64,000 nucleotides of DNA from Peptococcia bacterium (GCA_050951605.1 JBMNJJ010000009.1:409730-473729), one strand, 5' to 3'; shown: positions 28,393 to 38,902, counted from the stretch's first letter. Notes: a model not told the origin generated them from the sequence alone. Made by a program: numbers and translations.

Positions 28393-30205
28393 TTATGATA
28401 TCTCTAGTATTTCTAAGGCTAGTTGAATTTTAAGGATGTGATTGTAATTGTTTAAGTCTAATTTTAATATTTCTTCGATTCTTTTTAATCTGTAGCTGAG
28501 AGTGTTTCCGTGGATGTGTAGTTTGTCTTTAGTGTAAGACCAGTTACGGTTACTTTTTATATAGAGAATCAGTGTATTAAGAAACTCTTTACGTGAGTTC
28601 TTTGTATAATTGAGCAATTCTCCTAATGTTTTTTCTACAAAATCCGCTAATATTTCCGGTGGATTATTTAGGAGAATTTTTTTGATTTCTAGCTCATCGT
28701 AAAATTCAATAAAATTGCGCTCGTGAATATTTTTACCAATTTTCAAAGCTTGTAATGCTTTTAAATAGGCATCTTTAAATAAGGAAATATCTTGGAAGGG
28801 GTTACTAATGCCTACGGAACACCTCTCAATTTTATTTAAAATAATGAGTTTTGTTTGATCAGAGTTAAGAAGACGTTCGATTGTTTTTTTGGAAAGATGA
28901 CTTTTGGTAGTTTTGTTTAGTTCGAGGACAAAGATAAGATTATATCCTTTGACCATGATGATAGTATTAGGAAAATAGGTTATAAAACTTCGCGAAAGAT
29001 GCTCATATAGCTTTTTCTGGCAGTTAATAAATTCCATATCGTAATTATTAAACTGGGTGGAAGAAGAGGGTTTTAATTCAAGAATAATAATTTGATGTTC
29101 TTTATTAATGTTATAGCCATAGTGATGGCAATATTTAGTTAAGTACTCTTTATCTTGATTCTCAATTAAATTTTCTAGGAAATCACCTTTTAATTTTTGT
29201 TCTATTTCTTGTATTTCCCTGTCTTTTAACAATTGTAGGGCGAGGGTAGTTATTCCTCGTTCAATTGTAATGTTTTCAATTTTTGAATCTAAGGGTTGGC
29301 TACTTATAATTCCCAGCCAACCCAAGGGGATTTTACTTACAATAATCGGATAGAGAAACAAACTGTATTCTGAATTGGGTATTATAAATGTTGTGGGGTT
29401 TTCGGGATCGAGTTTTTGAGAAATTTGGGTACAAAAAGAAGCGATTGATTTATAGGATAGACTTTTTTTCAAAACAAAATTTTTAATATTATAAAAGGTA
29501 TCAATCCCGATAATATCTTTATCCAAAAGCTGAGAGAGTGTGGTAATCACATCTTGAAGTGTACAGCTTTTCAAGACCATCGAAGTAAATTTGTTATGAA
29601 GATTTGTGGAATATTGTAAAGCAATATTATTCTCAAGTTCTTTTTCATAATTAAGAGAATTGTTTACGGCGATGGTGGCCTGGATTGAAATTGCTTTTAA
29701 AAAATCAAGGTCTTCTTGGGTAAGAGGCATGTTTTTTGTAAAATTATCTACTACGATAACACCAAAGCATGTGTTATTAAACAGTAAAGGGCAAGCGATC
29801 GAACTATAAACTTTGGGAAAAAGTTTTTCAAAAGTATTTTTAATTAATTTTCTGTTGGCTTTACCCATTGTAGCAGTTGCTGTCTTTAATTGTTGAGCAG
29901 TGCTATAAAGAATAGGTTCTTTTTTGGCAAAAGATATTCCGGTTATTGATTCATTGGGTTTCAAGGTAACCGCTTCTACTTCTTGATCAAAACCCACATA
30001 AGAACGGACTTCTAGGAGTCCGTTTTTTTTTGTTATATAAAAAAATTATCCCAGCATCGCCACCTTTAATATATTTTAAAGCTTGGCTTAACAGTGCTTG
30101 CAGAATATAGCTTGTATCTTGTGTTGAATTAAGGAGTTCTGCGGTTTTTAAAATGGCCTCTTGTCTTTGAATTTTATTAAGAGCTGTTTCCAAGATAATC
30201 ATCAT
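28393..30205 (-). pseudogene. PucR/CdaR-family transcriptional regulator with an N-terminal GAF domain; frameshifted at an A9 tract
   Basis: ORFs 29987..30205 and 28393..29997 join as ...IFLYNKK(K)NGLLEVRSYVGFDQEVEAV... if the run at 30023-30031 is 8 rather than 9. The C-terminal HTH LHIHGNTLSYRLKRIEEIL is typical of the PucR C-terminal domain. Confidence 0.75.
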
Positions 30206-30453
30206 CCTTTACGATCCGTTTTTAGTCTATACAACAAAAAAATAAAAACATCTTTGTTGTCAGCAATATAGTTTAATTGTATTCTACTTGATATACTATA
30301 AAACATCAATCTTTAAATTGTACTATAATAGGATAATTTTTATAGTAAGGAAGAAACATAGGGACGGGGGTGGAGTAATGCTTACATTATATAGTTTAGC
30401 AGAGGTTGCAAGTAAATAACAACAAAATTTTTATGACAAAAGAGGTGTAAGAA

Positions 30454-31635
30454 ATGCAACTAAATGTTATTACCGCGTTTGCAATTGTTTTATTTATTTT
30501 AACAGCAGGGGAGCTTGTTTCAATTAAAACGAAAGCTTTTGTACCTTCTGTATTTGTATCGGCAGTTTTATTTTTAATAGGTTTTTGGACTGTTTTACCC
30601 GCTGATGTGATTACCCAGGCATCTTTTGCCGCTCCAGTAGTTTATATATCAATGTATTTACTTTTGGTGCATATGGGTACTTTAATGAGTGTACGGGAAC
30701 TTTTAGGTCAGTGGAAGACTGTTTTAATAGCTATCGCAGGTATTGTTGGTATTTGTGCCTTGGCTTTAACTATAGGTAGAGTATTATTTGGTTGGGAAAT
30801 GGTTATCGCCGCTACTCCCCCGTTGGCCGGAGGTGTTGTGGCTTCAATTCTCATGAGTACTGCAGCTACTGAAAAAGGACTTACTATTGTAGCGATTCTA
30901 GCGACCTCAGTTTATATCATGCAAGGTTTTTTTGGCTATCCTGTTACCGCTTTAATGTTGAAAAAAGAAGGAAGAAGATTACTTAAGAAATATCGTAATG
31001 GGGAAATAGAATATGACTTTGAAAATTCTGAGGAAGAAAAAGAAAAACAAGATAAGCGTAGACTTTTTCCACCTTTGCCGGAAAGATACCAAACAACTTA
31101 TGTTATTCTTTTAAAAGTTGGTTTTGTGGCTTGGCTGGCTTATCTTGCTTCTCCTTATCTGCATATAAATCAGTTTGTTTTATGTTTGGTTTTTGGTGTT
31201 ATTGGTAGAGAGATTGGCTTTTTGGAAGACCATGCCCTTAATAGAGCCGGTGCATTCGGCTTTTTGATGACTATTTTGATGGCGTTTATCTTTGCTAATT
31301 TAGCTCAAGCAACTCCCGAAATGTTAGCTCAGATTGCTTTGCCCTTGTTTGGTTTGATTGTTCTTGGTCTAATCGGAATGGGTATTTTGTCGATGCTTGT
31401 TGGTAAATTGCTCGGTTATTCTAAAGAAATGGCTTTTTCCATTGCGATGACTGCTTTGTACGGTTTCCCGGCTGACTATATTTTGACAATCGAGACAGCT
31501 AAATCTGTTGCCGAAAATGATGATGAATTTAAATATATTACTAGTCAAACGGTGCCTAAGATGTTGGTGGGTGGTTTCACTACGGTTACGATTACTTCTG
31601 TTATTTTAGCAGGAATCTTTGTAAAAATGATATAA
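30454..31635 (+). CDS. Polytopic membrane transporter (family unassigned)
   Basis: 393 aa. Two hydrophobic halves are separated by a charged loop (KKEGRRLLKKYRNGEIEY...). RBS AAGAGGTG upstream. Confidence 0.55.
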   Translation: MQLNVITAFAIVLFILTAGELVSIKTKAFVPSVFVSAVLFLIGFWTVLPADVITQASFAAPVVYISMYLLLVHMGTLMSVRELLGQWKTVLIAIAGIVGICALALTIGRVLFGWEMVIAATPPLAGGVVASILMSTAATEKGLTIVAILATSVYIMQGFFGYPVTALMLKKEGRRLLKKYRNGEIEYDFENSEEEKEKQDKRRLFPPLPERYQTTYVILLKVGFVAWLAYLASPYLHINQFVLCLVFGVIGREIGFLEDHALNRAGAFGFLMTILMAFIFANLAQATPEMLAQIALPLFGLIVLGLIGMGILSMLVGKLLGYSKEMAFSIAMTALYGFPADYILTIETAKSVAENDDEFKYITSQTVPKMLVGGFTTVTITSVILAGIFVKMI

Positions 31636-31688
31636 GAACATAAAACTAATTTTTCGACGACTAAAATTTATAAAAGGAAGTGTTAGAA

Positions 31689-32849
31689 ATGGAAGTAAAA
31701 GACGTCGCCAAGAAGTACAAACAATATGTTATTGATTTACGGAGAGAGTTTCATATGTATCCTGAGGCAAGCTTTCAGGAGCATAGAACTTCAAAAAGGG
31801 TTAGGGAAGAATTAGGGAAAATGGGGATTCCCTGTTATTTAGTTGGAGAAACAGGAGTAGTAGGGATAATTGAAGGAGCAAAACCCGGTAAGACTGTTGC
31901 CTTACGAGGTGATATGGATGCTTTGGATTTACATGAAGAAAATGAAGTAGAATATAAATCGAAAAATGAAAATTATATGCATGGTTGTGGTCATGATGGA
32001 CATACTGCGATGTTGTTAGGTGCGGCGAAAGTACTTCAGGAAATGAAGGACCAGTTAAAAGGGAAGGTTAAACTTTTTTTTCAACCTGCTGAGGAATTGG
32101 CGCTGGGAGCTAAATCTATGCTTAGCGAAATAGATGATGTTGATAATATTTTAGGGATGCATGTGTGGTCACCAATTCCCTCCGGAAAAATTTCTGTAGA
32201 TCCTGGTCCAAAAATGGCGGCAACCGATATTTTCAAGATACGGGTTAAGGGAAAAGGAGGACATGGGTCTGCACCACATCAAGGCGTTGATGCGGTTGTT
32301 ATTGCCTCAGCTATTGTGATGAACTTGCAGACACTTGTAAGTAGGGAGATTAGCCCTTTGGAATCTGTTGTGGTAAGTGTCGGACTGTTAAAAGCAGGGT
32401 CAAGATTTAATGTTCTTGCCGGAGATGGCATCTTGGAAGGTAATGTTAGAAGTTTTAATCCTGAATTGAGAAAAGAGTTACCTAAAATGATTGAAAGAGT
32501 TGCCAAAAATACGGCCGCAAGTTATCGTGGAGAAATAGAGATGGAATATTTTTGGGGTACTCCACCTACTATTAATGATGAAAAGAGTGCTGCTAGAGCA
32601 GCTAAAGCTGTAGAAAAAATATTGGGAAGTCAGGGTGTGATTAAACATGAGAAAGTTACCGGAGGCGAAGATTTTGCCTATTTCTTAGAAAAAGTCCCTG
32701 GTGTCTTAGCATTAATAGGTACCGGTAATCCTGCTAAGCAAACAGATTATCCGCATCATCATCCCAAGTTTAATCTTGATGAGGATGTTCTCGAATATGG
32801 TATGGCATTATGTGCTCAGTATGCACTTGATTATCTAAGTGAAGAATAG
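31689..32849 (+). CDS. M20-family amidohydrolase (N-acyl-amino acid / hippurate hydrolase-like)
   Basis: MHGCGHDGH and FQPAEE metal-binding motifs. ATG after AAAGGAAG. Confidence 0.8.
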   Translation: MEVKDVAKKYKQYVIDLRREFHMYPEASFQEHRTSKRVREELGKMGIPCYLVGETGVVGIIEGAKPGKTVALRGDMDALDLHEENEVEYKSKNENYMHGCGHDGHTAMLLGAAKVLQEMKDQLKGKVKLFFQPAEELALGAKSMLSEIDDVDNILGMHVWSPIPSGKISVDPGPKMAATDIFKIRVKGKGGHGSAPHQGVDAVVIASAIVMNLQTLVSREISPLESVVVSVGLLKAGSRFNVLAGDGILEGNVRSFNPELRKELPKMIERVAKNTAASYRGEIEMEYFWGTPPTINDEKSAARAAKAVEKILGSQGVIKHEKVTGGEDFAYFLEKVPGVLALIGTGNPAKQTDYPHHHPKFNLDEDVLEYGMALCAQYALDYLSEE

Positions 32850-32866
32850 ATAATCAGCGTAGCATA

Positions 32867-32905
32867 AAAAGGCTATTGGCGGTTAGGCGCTAATAGCCTT
32901 TTTTA
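32867..32905 (+). terminator. Rho-independent terminator
   Basis: AAAAGGCTATTGGCG...GCGCTAATAGCCTTTTTT. Confidence 0.65.
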
Positions 32906-33015
32906 GTGCGCCTGGAGATGTTCGACTTTGTCATAAAAATATAATATAATATGAAACCTAAAGAGAGTTTTTTACGTCAAAGTAAATTGAGTAGAAGTTA
33001 GCAGGAGGTAATGAC

Positions 33016-33915
33016 ATGAAAAAAGCATCTTTGTTTGTACTTATCCTATTTTTGAACATCTCTCTGTTTGGTTGTGTAAATGTGGAAAAACCGCAACAAG
33101 CGAAGGACGGTGATGTGGCGGAAGTCACGAGTTTGGTTGAGGATTTCGGCAGCAAACTGCAAACAGTTTCACTTCTAGCTCCGGAGGATATAGTGAAAAA
33201 GAGTATCCAAGAGAATTATGGTGATTTTATATCCCCGGAACTTCTTGCAGAATGGTTACGCAATCCTCAAAATGCGCCAGGGAGGTTGACTTCAAGTCCA
33301 TGGCCGGAGCGTATAGAGATTTTAGCTATTAAGAAATTAGCAGAGCAGAAGTATGAAGTTAAAGGTGAAATTATTGAAATAACGAGTATGGAGGAAGAGA
33401 GCGGTGGGGTTGCAGCGAAAAGGTCAATCACTTTAGTAGTGGAGAAAATCGAAAATCGCTGGTATATTAATGCTGTTACACTCGGCGGGTACGAGGATAG
33501 TGATGCAATTGTGTACAGAAATACAGAATATGGTTTTAGTTTTTCCTTACCGGAAAGTTGGCAAGACTATACGATTATAACTGAGCAATGGAAGGGGCTC
33601 GCTTTAGAAGGTTCACAAGGTGATGAAACTGTGGAAACCGGTCCCCTGATTCTGATTAGACATCCTCAATGGACTTCGGAAGACTCGCGACAGGATATTC
33701 CTATTATGGTTTTTACGCTTAATCAGTGGAACTTGCTGCAGCAGGAAAAATTCCATATCGGGGCAGCACCTATGGGACCTAAAGAACTAGGTCGTAATGA
33801 ACAATATGTCTTTGCCCTCCCGGCACGTTATAATTATGCCTTCCCGACAGGATACGAAGAAGTGGAAAATATTTTAGAAGGCAATCCTCTTCAGATAGCA
33901 CATAACATTATTTAG
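33016..33915 (+). CDS. Lipoprotein; C-terminal domain shared with 4065..5468
   Basis: Lipobox LFGC after MKKASLFVLILFLNIS. C-terminus YRNTEYGFSFSLPESW...IRHPQWTSEDSRQDIPIMVF. Confidence 0.75.
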   Translation: MKKASLFVLILFLNISLFGCVNVEKPQQAKDGDVAEVTSLVEDFGSKLQTVSLLAPEDIVKKSIQENYGDFISPELLAEWLRNPQNAPGRLTSSPWPERIEILAIKKLAEQKYEVKGEIIEITSMEEESGGVAAKRSITLVVEKIENRWYINAVTLGGYEDSDAIVYRNTEYGFSFSLPESWQDYTIITEQWKGLALEGSQGDETVETGPLILIRHPQWTSEDSRQDIPIMVFTLNQWNLLQQEKFHIGAAPMGPKELGRNEQYVFALPARYNYAFPTGYEEVENILEGNPLQIAHNII

Positions 33916-34097
33916 CCATACCCAGAATTACACCTGATATAAAAGGAATTAACCAAATAAACCAGACAAAAATACTAAATTTGTGAAAATTAAATTTTGC
34001 TTTTTCATCATGCTTATTAAAACAAGCGTTGCCCAAAGTGCATGAAAAAGCATTAAAAGTATTGCGAGTAAACCCGTTATGCCATGGAAATTTAATT
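33908..34097 (-). pseudogene. Truncated remnant of the 4-TM membrane gene (copy B)
   Basis: Only the 3' portion matches 2625..about 2815, and there is a 1-nt indel (gcttattaaaac versus gcttaattaaaac). Homology stops at ggaaatttaattt. The N-terminal half and promoter are replaced by unrelated sequence. Confidence 0.75.
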
Positions 34098-34223
34098 TGA
34101 AATGCGATGAAGATGAAACACTTCATATGACAGACATGGCATAAAATTAATTTCGGAAATAGATGTACTCGTCGGGAAAGCGAAATCGTTTTGCTATTAT
34201 CCCCGGGGGAGAGGAGTTTATTT

Positions 34224-34916
34224 ATGAAAGGTGAAATAGTAAAAAGTTGGAAGGTAAAAGGGGCTATTTTTGATTTAGATGGTACACTTATCGATTCTCT
34301 GGGGGTGTGGAAAAATCTGGACAAGGACTTTCTTAAAAAAAGAGGGTTTACGGTTCCCCAGGATATAGATCAGGTTGTGAAAAACTTGAGTTTTCAGGAT
34401 GCGGCAGTGTATTTCAAAGAAAAATTCCACCTTTCCCAAACTATTGCAGAAATAATGGAAGAGTGGAATAGGATGGTTTTTGACGAATATGCGTTTTGTA
34501 TTGGGTTGAAGCCGGGAGTCAGGGAATACCTGATATATCTTGAAACACAGGGCATAAAGATAGGGCTGGCAACAAGCAACACCAGAAAGCTGACAGAAGT
34601 TGTTCTTAGAAATAACGGTGTATATGACTATTTTGAGGTGATCAAAACGGGGGATGAGGTGGAAAGAGATAAAAACTTCCCCGATATTTATTTGCTCTGT
34701 GCGCAAGGATTACAGTTAGAACCTGGGCAATGTGTTGTGTTTGAGGATATCCTGCCGGGGATATTAAGTGCTAAGACTGCCGGAATGAAGACGGTAAGGG
34801 TTTATGATCAGTACTCAAAACATGAATGGGAAGAAATTAAAATGAATGCCGATTTATATATTTCAAGTTTTGAAGAATTAACAGAAAGAGGGATAACCGG
34901 AGTTTGTCAAAAATAA
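34224..34916 (+). CDS. HAD-superfamily hydrolase (beta-phosphoglucomutase-like), intact copy B
   Basis: RBS GGGGAGAGGAG. Motifs AIFDLDGTLIDS, ATSN and FEDILPG. Confidence 0.8.
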   Translation: MKGEIVKSWKVKGAIFDLDGTLIDSLGVWKNLDKDFLKKRGFTVPQDIDQVVKNLSFQDAAVYFKEKFHLSQTIAEIMEEWNRMVFDEYAFCIGLKPGVREYLIYLETQGIKIGLATSNTRKLTEVVLRNNGVYDYFEVIKTGDEVERDKNFPDIYLLCAQGLQLEPGQCVVFEDILPGILSAKTAGMKTVRVYDQYSKHEWEEIKMNADLYISSFEELTERGITGVCQK

Positions 34917-34928
34917 TTTTACTAGGAA

Positions 34929-35966
34929 TTAGACAAAGTATTCAATTTCTGCCTCGGGGAGATATTCATCTGTTAATTGCAGAAAGAAGGCTTTTAATTC
35001 CTTCATTTCTTCCGGTGGGTAGATGTATTTGCCATATCCGAACTGACCGTATTTATATTTACGTTTGCTTTCTTCCAGTGGTAATTTAGTTTGGGGAAAG
35101 ACTTTCAGGATGTGGGATTTGGCTCTAGGGGTAAAGCGATGTGTAATAAATTCAAGGGAAAGTTTTTTCGGAGACCGGTTCTCTGAAATAGTTGGGGTTA
35201 GTAATTCCTTTAATAAAATAAACAGTTTAGTATATTCGTCTTGCCAGTTCTCGAACTTAAAGAGAGGGGCAATGATAAACCCCAACGGATACCCGGCTTG
35301 TAAAACTTTTCTGGCCGCTAAGATTCTTTCTCGAGCAGAAGGTGTCCCATGCTCGAACCTTTTTATTATTTCTTCACAATTCAGGCTAAATCGGAATTTT
35401 GTATGACCATGATGATTAGCGTCCAAAAGGCTCTCTACTTCGGTAAATTTAGTCACAAAGCGAAAGCGCCCTTGAGGTTGCTTTCCAAAGAAATTAATTG
35501 TTTTCTTTAAGCTACCGGTGTATTTTTCAACCGGTAAAGGATCTGAGGTGGCAGCTCCTTCAAAAACTGTTATTTCCGGTAAGCGTTTTTTGATGATATC
35601 TTGAGTTAATTCTAGTATTTCAGCAATATTTACATAAATCCGTACGTATGGCTTGGGTCCTAATGTTGTTGCTAAATAACAATATTCGCACATGCCAGGA
35701 CAACTTGTTGCCAGTGGTAACTGATAGTGTGCAGATGGTTTACAGGTTTGAAAGGTTTTACTGCGTCTGACTCCTATGACCAGTGTTTTTTTAGCTTTTT
35801 GATATAATTCAACGGGCGTATTTCCGGTTATTCCGGTTACTCTATTATGTGAAGTTGTTGCTTGTACCGGAATATTTATCTGTCGAAAATAGTCTACCAA
35901 ATTCTTGCCTAAAGGGTAATCTAGGGCCTGAGGTTCATAAAATACTTGGTGTGGCACAAAGGTCAT
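34929..35966 (-). CDS. splB: Spore photoproduct lyase, intact copy B
   Basis: RBS AGAGGTGA then ATG (MTFVPHQVFYEPQALDYPLG). Radical-SAM motif CPGMCEYCY. About 345 aa. Confidence 0.85.
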   Translation of the reverse strand: MTFVPHQVFYEPQALDYPLGKNLVDYFRQINIPVQATTSHNRVTGITGNTPVELYQKAKKTLVIGVRRSKTFQTCKPSAHYQLPLATSCPGMCEYCYLATTLGPKPYVRIYVNIAEILELTQDIIKKRLPEITVFEGAATSDPLPVEKYTGSLKKTINFFGKQPQGRFRFVTKFTEVESLLDANHHGHTKFRFSLNCEEIIKRFEHGTPSARERILAARKVLQAGYPLGFIIAPLFKFENWQDEYTKLFILLKELLTPTISENRSPKKLSLEFITHRFTPRAKSHILKVFPQTKLPLEESKRKYKYGQFGYGKYIYPPEEMKELKAFFLQLTDEYLPEAEIEYFV

Positions 35967-35994
35967 TTTTCTCACCTCTCACTCTAGGTTGCCC
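34929..35994 (+). repeat. Direct repeat segment 2 (splB), copy B
   Basis: See copy A. Confidence 0.85.
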
Positions 35995-36187
35995 AGAAGA
36001 ACCTTCAATATAAGTGATTTAATATTAAAAAGGAGAGGACATTTATGGAATCCTTCATATTTTGTAGCAACAGTTAGCGAAAAATACTGAAGAACAAATA
36101 AGACAATAATCATGTGAGGTTCACATTTATAACAGCAGATTTTGAGGAAAATAAAATGTTAAAACATTTACATGGATATTTTTAGTA

Positions 36188-36451
36188 ATGATTAATTATG
36201 AGTTGTTGATAAAAGTGATACGTTATAAAGGTAGTTATTCCGGTAGTAGAGAGATGGAAATAAAAGACGACTGGGTTTATATAACAGGTTTTGAGCGGGA
36301 AAATGAAGTGTATGGTTTAGTTGTTTTTGATGAGCATGGCAAGGAAATATTTAAGACTTCTGAGCGTATGATCTCTGCTTCATTAGCCGGAGATTTGCTT
36401 GTCTATAAAACGGCAGAAAGCCAGAAGAATTATGCAGTAAGGTTACCATAG
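36188..36451 (+). CDS. Small hypothetical protein (copy B paralogue of 28117..28389)
   Basis: The C-terminal 45 aa are near-identical to copy A; the N-terminus differs. Confidence 0.4.
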   Translation: MINYELLIKVIRYKGSYSGSREMEIKDDWVYITGFERENEVYGLVVFDEHGKEIFKTSERMISASLAGDLLVYKTAESQKNYAVRLP

Positions 36452-36452
36452 T
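36313..36452 (+). repeat. Direct repeat segment 3, copy B
   Basis: See copy A. Confidence 0.8.
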
Positions 36453-36480
36453 AATAGAAACTTGATTTAAGAAAAGAAAA

Positions 36481-36520
36481 AAGGAGTGTCGCGAAGTTTA
36501 AACTTCAGCAACACTCCTTT
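36481..36520. terminator. Bidirectional hairpin terminator between convergent genes
   Basis: AAAAAGGAGTGT...ACACTCCTTTT with A/T runs on both sides. Confidence 0.65.
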
Positions 36521-36535
36521 TAATAGTTTCTTAAT

Positions 36536-36739
36536 TTAGTTATTACAGCGAATAACATTTTCAGCTTGTGGTCCGCGATTGCCTTCGACTACGTCAAAGG
36601 TTACTTCTTCACCTTCGTCAAGAGTTTTGAATCCGTCGCCTTGAATTGCGGAGAAATGAACAAAAACATCTCCACCTTCATCTGATTCAATGAAACCAAA
36701 ACCTTTTTCTGCATTAAACCATTTAACTTTACCCTGCAT
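36536..36739 (-). CDS. csp: Cold-shock protein (CspA family)
   Basis: [18 protein letters not shown]...VFVHFSAI, covering the RNP1/RNP2 motifs. Confidence 0.95.
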   Translation of the reverse strand: MQGKVKWFNAEKGFGFIESDEGGDVFVHFSAIQGDGFKTLDEGEEVTFDVVEGNRGPQAENVIRCNN

Positions 36740-36966
36740 TTTAAAACCTCCTTTACCATTAGACTGATCAAAAAGTCACATTCGAATACCCTTTGACCAT
36801 TAATTTAAAAAAGAGGTCAAAACAGGTGTATCTTTGAAACTCTTTAACACGTGCTGTTTATAATAACATAGTTTGATAATAATGTAAAGAAGTTACCTTT
36901 TTTTAAACAGATTTCAGTGATTAGAAAGAAATTCTCCTGGCAAGGATAAGGTCGGGGGGATTTTTT

Positions 36967-38703
36967 ATGCGTAAAAGAATTATTATAACTATGTTTTTTT
37001 TCGTTAGTTTACTGTTTTTAGTTGCCGGACGAGTTTTTTATTTGCAAGTTGTTAATGGTTCTCATTCCGGTCGGGAATTAGCACAAAAAGCTTTAAAGTT
37101 TCGCAGTCAATACTTGTCGGCAGAGGAATATTATCGGGGTGAAATTTTAGATAGGAATATGTTTTCTCTTACTGATAGTGGTATTAGACCGACCTTAGTC
37201 GCTTTTCCGGGAAGTATTAAAAACATAGATGAGACTTGTGAAAAACTAGAGGCTATTTTAGAAATTCCGGCGCAAGAAAGTGAAGCCAATATACGCAGAA
37301 GTCGGGAAAATTATGGTCGCCGCACTCCTTTAATTTTAAAAGTTAATTTAACTTCAGAAGAAGTAAAAAAGTATCAAGCCAATAAGATTCCGGGTCTCAC
37401 CGTTATTCCGATAAAGACCAGGTATGGACCTAATTCTGTAGCCAAACATGTCGTAGGTTATGTAAATAGTATTAATGCGCAAAAGTGGCAAGAGTTTACT
37501 CAGACTAAAAAAACTGTGGAAACGAATAGTTTTTTAGCGACAGCTTATCGCTTAACGGATAAAATTGGTGTGGCTGGTTTGGAAGGTAAGTATGAGGAAA
37601 TATTAAAAGGTTCGCAACCGGAAAACAGAATTATTGGTTTTACTGATGCTAATGGTAAGCTTTTAGAGGGATTAGGGTATAAAATAAAAAAAGAACAAGC
37701 TGATGTTTGGCGTAATCATTTAATTTTGACTGTAGATAGACATTATCAAGAAATCGTAGAAAGGGTCATGGATGAAGAGATTGTTCGAGGTGCCGTAGTG
37801 GTAATTGATATTCCTACCGGTGATGTTTTAGCTTTAGCCAGTAGACCTAATTTTGATCAGAATCAGGTGGAAAAATATTTAAGCGGAGTCGATGAACTTC
37901 TTGATCGTACGAATAGAGTTGCTTTTTATCCCGGTTCTGTTTTTAAAATGGTGGCGGCGGCAGGAGTGTTGGAAGAAAATTTAGTTCAAACGGGCGAAAA
38001 ATTTATTTGTACGGGAACCTATATTTTCCCTGATGATACAGAGATTAATTGTTTACGTGAACATGGGGAGATAACTTTAAAGGAAGCAATTGAAAAGTCA
38101 TGCAATACTACTTTTATTCAACTAGGTTTGAGATTAGGAAGTAGTAAGTTTTTGCATTATGCTAAGAAATTAGGTTTTGAGATTAAGGTCAATAATCAGT
38201 CACCGCCAGCCTTGTTAGGGAATGCTTCACTAGGACAACAAGGGGTTTTGGTTAGTCCTCTACAGATAGCTAATTTGTATGCGACAATAGGCAGGGGGGG
38301 GCTTTATTGTCCTTGGCGTCTTGTGGCTCAAATTCGCAATTATCAAGGGGATATAATTCAAGAATTTCAGCCTGCAATTCCTAGACAAGTTTTAAAACCG
38401 GCCACATGTGCTTTTTTAAAAGATGCTCTAACCGAAGCAACTCGTGTGGGAACCGGTCAACAAGCTTGGTTAGAAGGAAAAGGAACAGCAGGTAAAACAG
38501 GGACGGCCCAGGCTAATGAAGCAGGTAAGGTTATTGCTTGGTTTGCCGGTTTTACTCCCCTGGAAAATCCACGTTTAGCGATTGCGGTAATGGTGGAAGA
38601 GAAAAAAAATGATTCTAGAGGGGATTTAAGAGGTGGAGAGGTAGCGGCTCCGGTATTTAAAGAAATAGCTAAGGAGATTTTTAAATTGACCGAGGACAGT
38701 TAG
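36967..38703 (+). CDS. Class B penicillin-binding protein (peptidoglycan D,D-transpeptidase, FtsI/SpoVD/PBP2 type)
   Basis: N-terminal TM anchor. Motifs SVFK (SxxK), SCN (SxN) and KTGT. Confidence 0.85.
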   Translation: MRKRIIITMFFFVSLLFLVAGRVFYLQVVNGSHSGRELAQKALKFRSQYLSAEEYYRGEILDRNMFSLTDSGIRPTLVAFPGSIKNIDETCEKLEAILEIPAQESEANIRRSRENYGRRTPLILKVNLTSEEVKKYQANKIPGLTVIPIKTRYGPNSVAKHVVGYVNSINAQKWQEFTQTKKTVETNSFLATAYRLTDKIGVAGLEGKYEEILKGSQPENRIIGFTDANGKLLEGLGYKIKKEQADVWRNHLILTVDRHYQEIVERVMDEEIVRGAVVVIDIPTGDVLALASRPNFDQNQVEKYLSGVDELLDRTNRVAFYPGSVFKMVAAAGVLEENLVQTGEKFICTGTYIFPDDTEINCLREHGEITLKEAIEKSCNTTFIQLGLRLGSSKFLHYAKKLGFEIKVNNQSPPALLGNASLGQQGVLVSPLQIANLYATIGRGGLYCPWRLVAQIRNYQGDIIQEFQPAIPRQVLKPATCAFLKDALTEATRVGTGQQAWLEGKGTAGKTGTAQANEAGKVIAWFAGFTPLENPRLAIAVMVEEKKNDSRGDLRGGEVAAPVFKEIAKEIFKLTEDS

Positions 38704-38902
38704 TTAAGCAAGATATTTTTTTCATTACGGCAATATTTTTAATTTATTGTTTAATAAAAATGAAATATGGTGTAAAATAGTATTATTAATTTAAAACAGA
38801 TGGACAAGTAGAGAAGTTAAAATTATTTCTTGGAGGCGAATAGTCGGTGTAGAGGAAATAGTTAAACAGTAATAAAATTTCTTAAATTAGGAGTGAAAGA
38901 GA

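Larger units (their letters stand above)
33824..34923 (+). repeat. Direct repeat segment 1, copy B
   Basis: See copy A. Confidence 0.85.

Noticed and set aside
36740-36966. The long untranslated region upstream of csp as a novel ncRNA.
   Set aside because: Long structured 5' UTRs are a normal feature of cold-shock protein genes, and nothing further distinguishes this one.
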